Assembly: GCA_030390025.1 (NCBI GenBank)
Contig: CM059432.1
Location: 88,104,001 to 88,168,000, forward strand
Length of the DNA: 64,000 nt
Source of the DNA: Squalus acanthias
Lineage: Eukaryota
Direction: 5' to 3'
This document shows, one piece after another, positions 63,821 to 64,000 of this stretch. Each line of letters begins with the position of its first letter. The stretch's first letter is position 1. The notes under the pieces are model-generated. The model was not told the DNA's origin, made no database searches, and saw only the letters and a program-made list of their open reading frames with translations. The translations under genes and the position numbers were made by a program.

Positions 63821-64000
63821 TCACACTTTAGGATGGATGTCGCAGCCTTAGAGAGGGTGCAGAGGAGATTTACTAGAATGGGGTGAAAGACTTAAGTTAC
63901 TTGTCCCGTTCACCCATCATCCCTGTGCTCGCTGACCTACATTGTGTCCCGATTATGCAATGCCTCAATTTTAAAATTCGCATCCTTGTTTTCAAATCCC

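Overview
Repeat-dense vertebrate DNA with no host gene I can support. The V-SINE/HE1-like SINE, CR1/L2 LINEs, Harbinger elements and Penelope-like hairpins suggest a cartilaginous fish (inference). Bases 1-6113 are the 3' half of an apparently intact env-bearing LTR retroelement: integrase end of pol, splice acceptor, 783-aa env, PPT and a 1.64-kb 3' LTR. The env is not gamma-type. It looks like a paramyxo/pneumo/baculovirus F-like class I fusogen (lokiretrovirus-like) and carries an immunoglobulin-like domain at its N-terminus plus a YxxPhi motif and PDZ ligand in its tail; this is the main candidate novelty. Three related solo LTRs share a splice-donor motif and a covarying GTTCGA hairpin with that LTR. 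A young Gypsy element (55186-59220) has an 11-nt PBS complementary to its own LTR (Tf1-like self-priming) and a YLDN RT motif. The rest is nested LINEs, Harbinger elements/MITEs, SINEs and a perfect 99-bp palindrome. LINE and Harbinger boundaries are approximate; family assignments come from motif recognition, not database searches.
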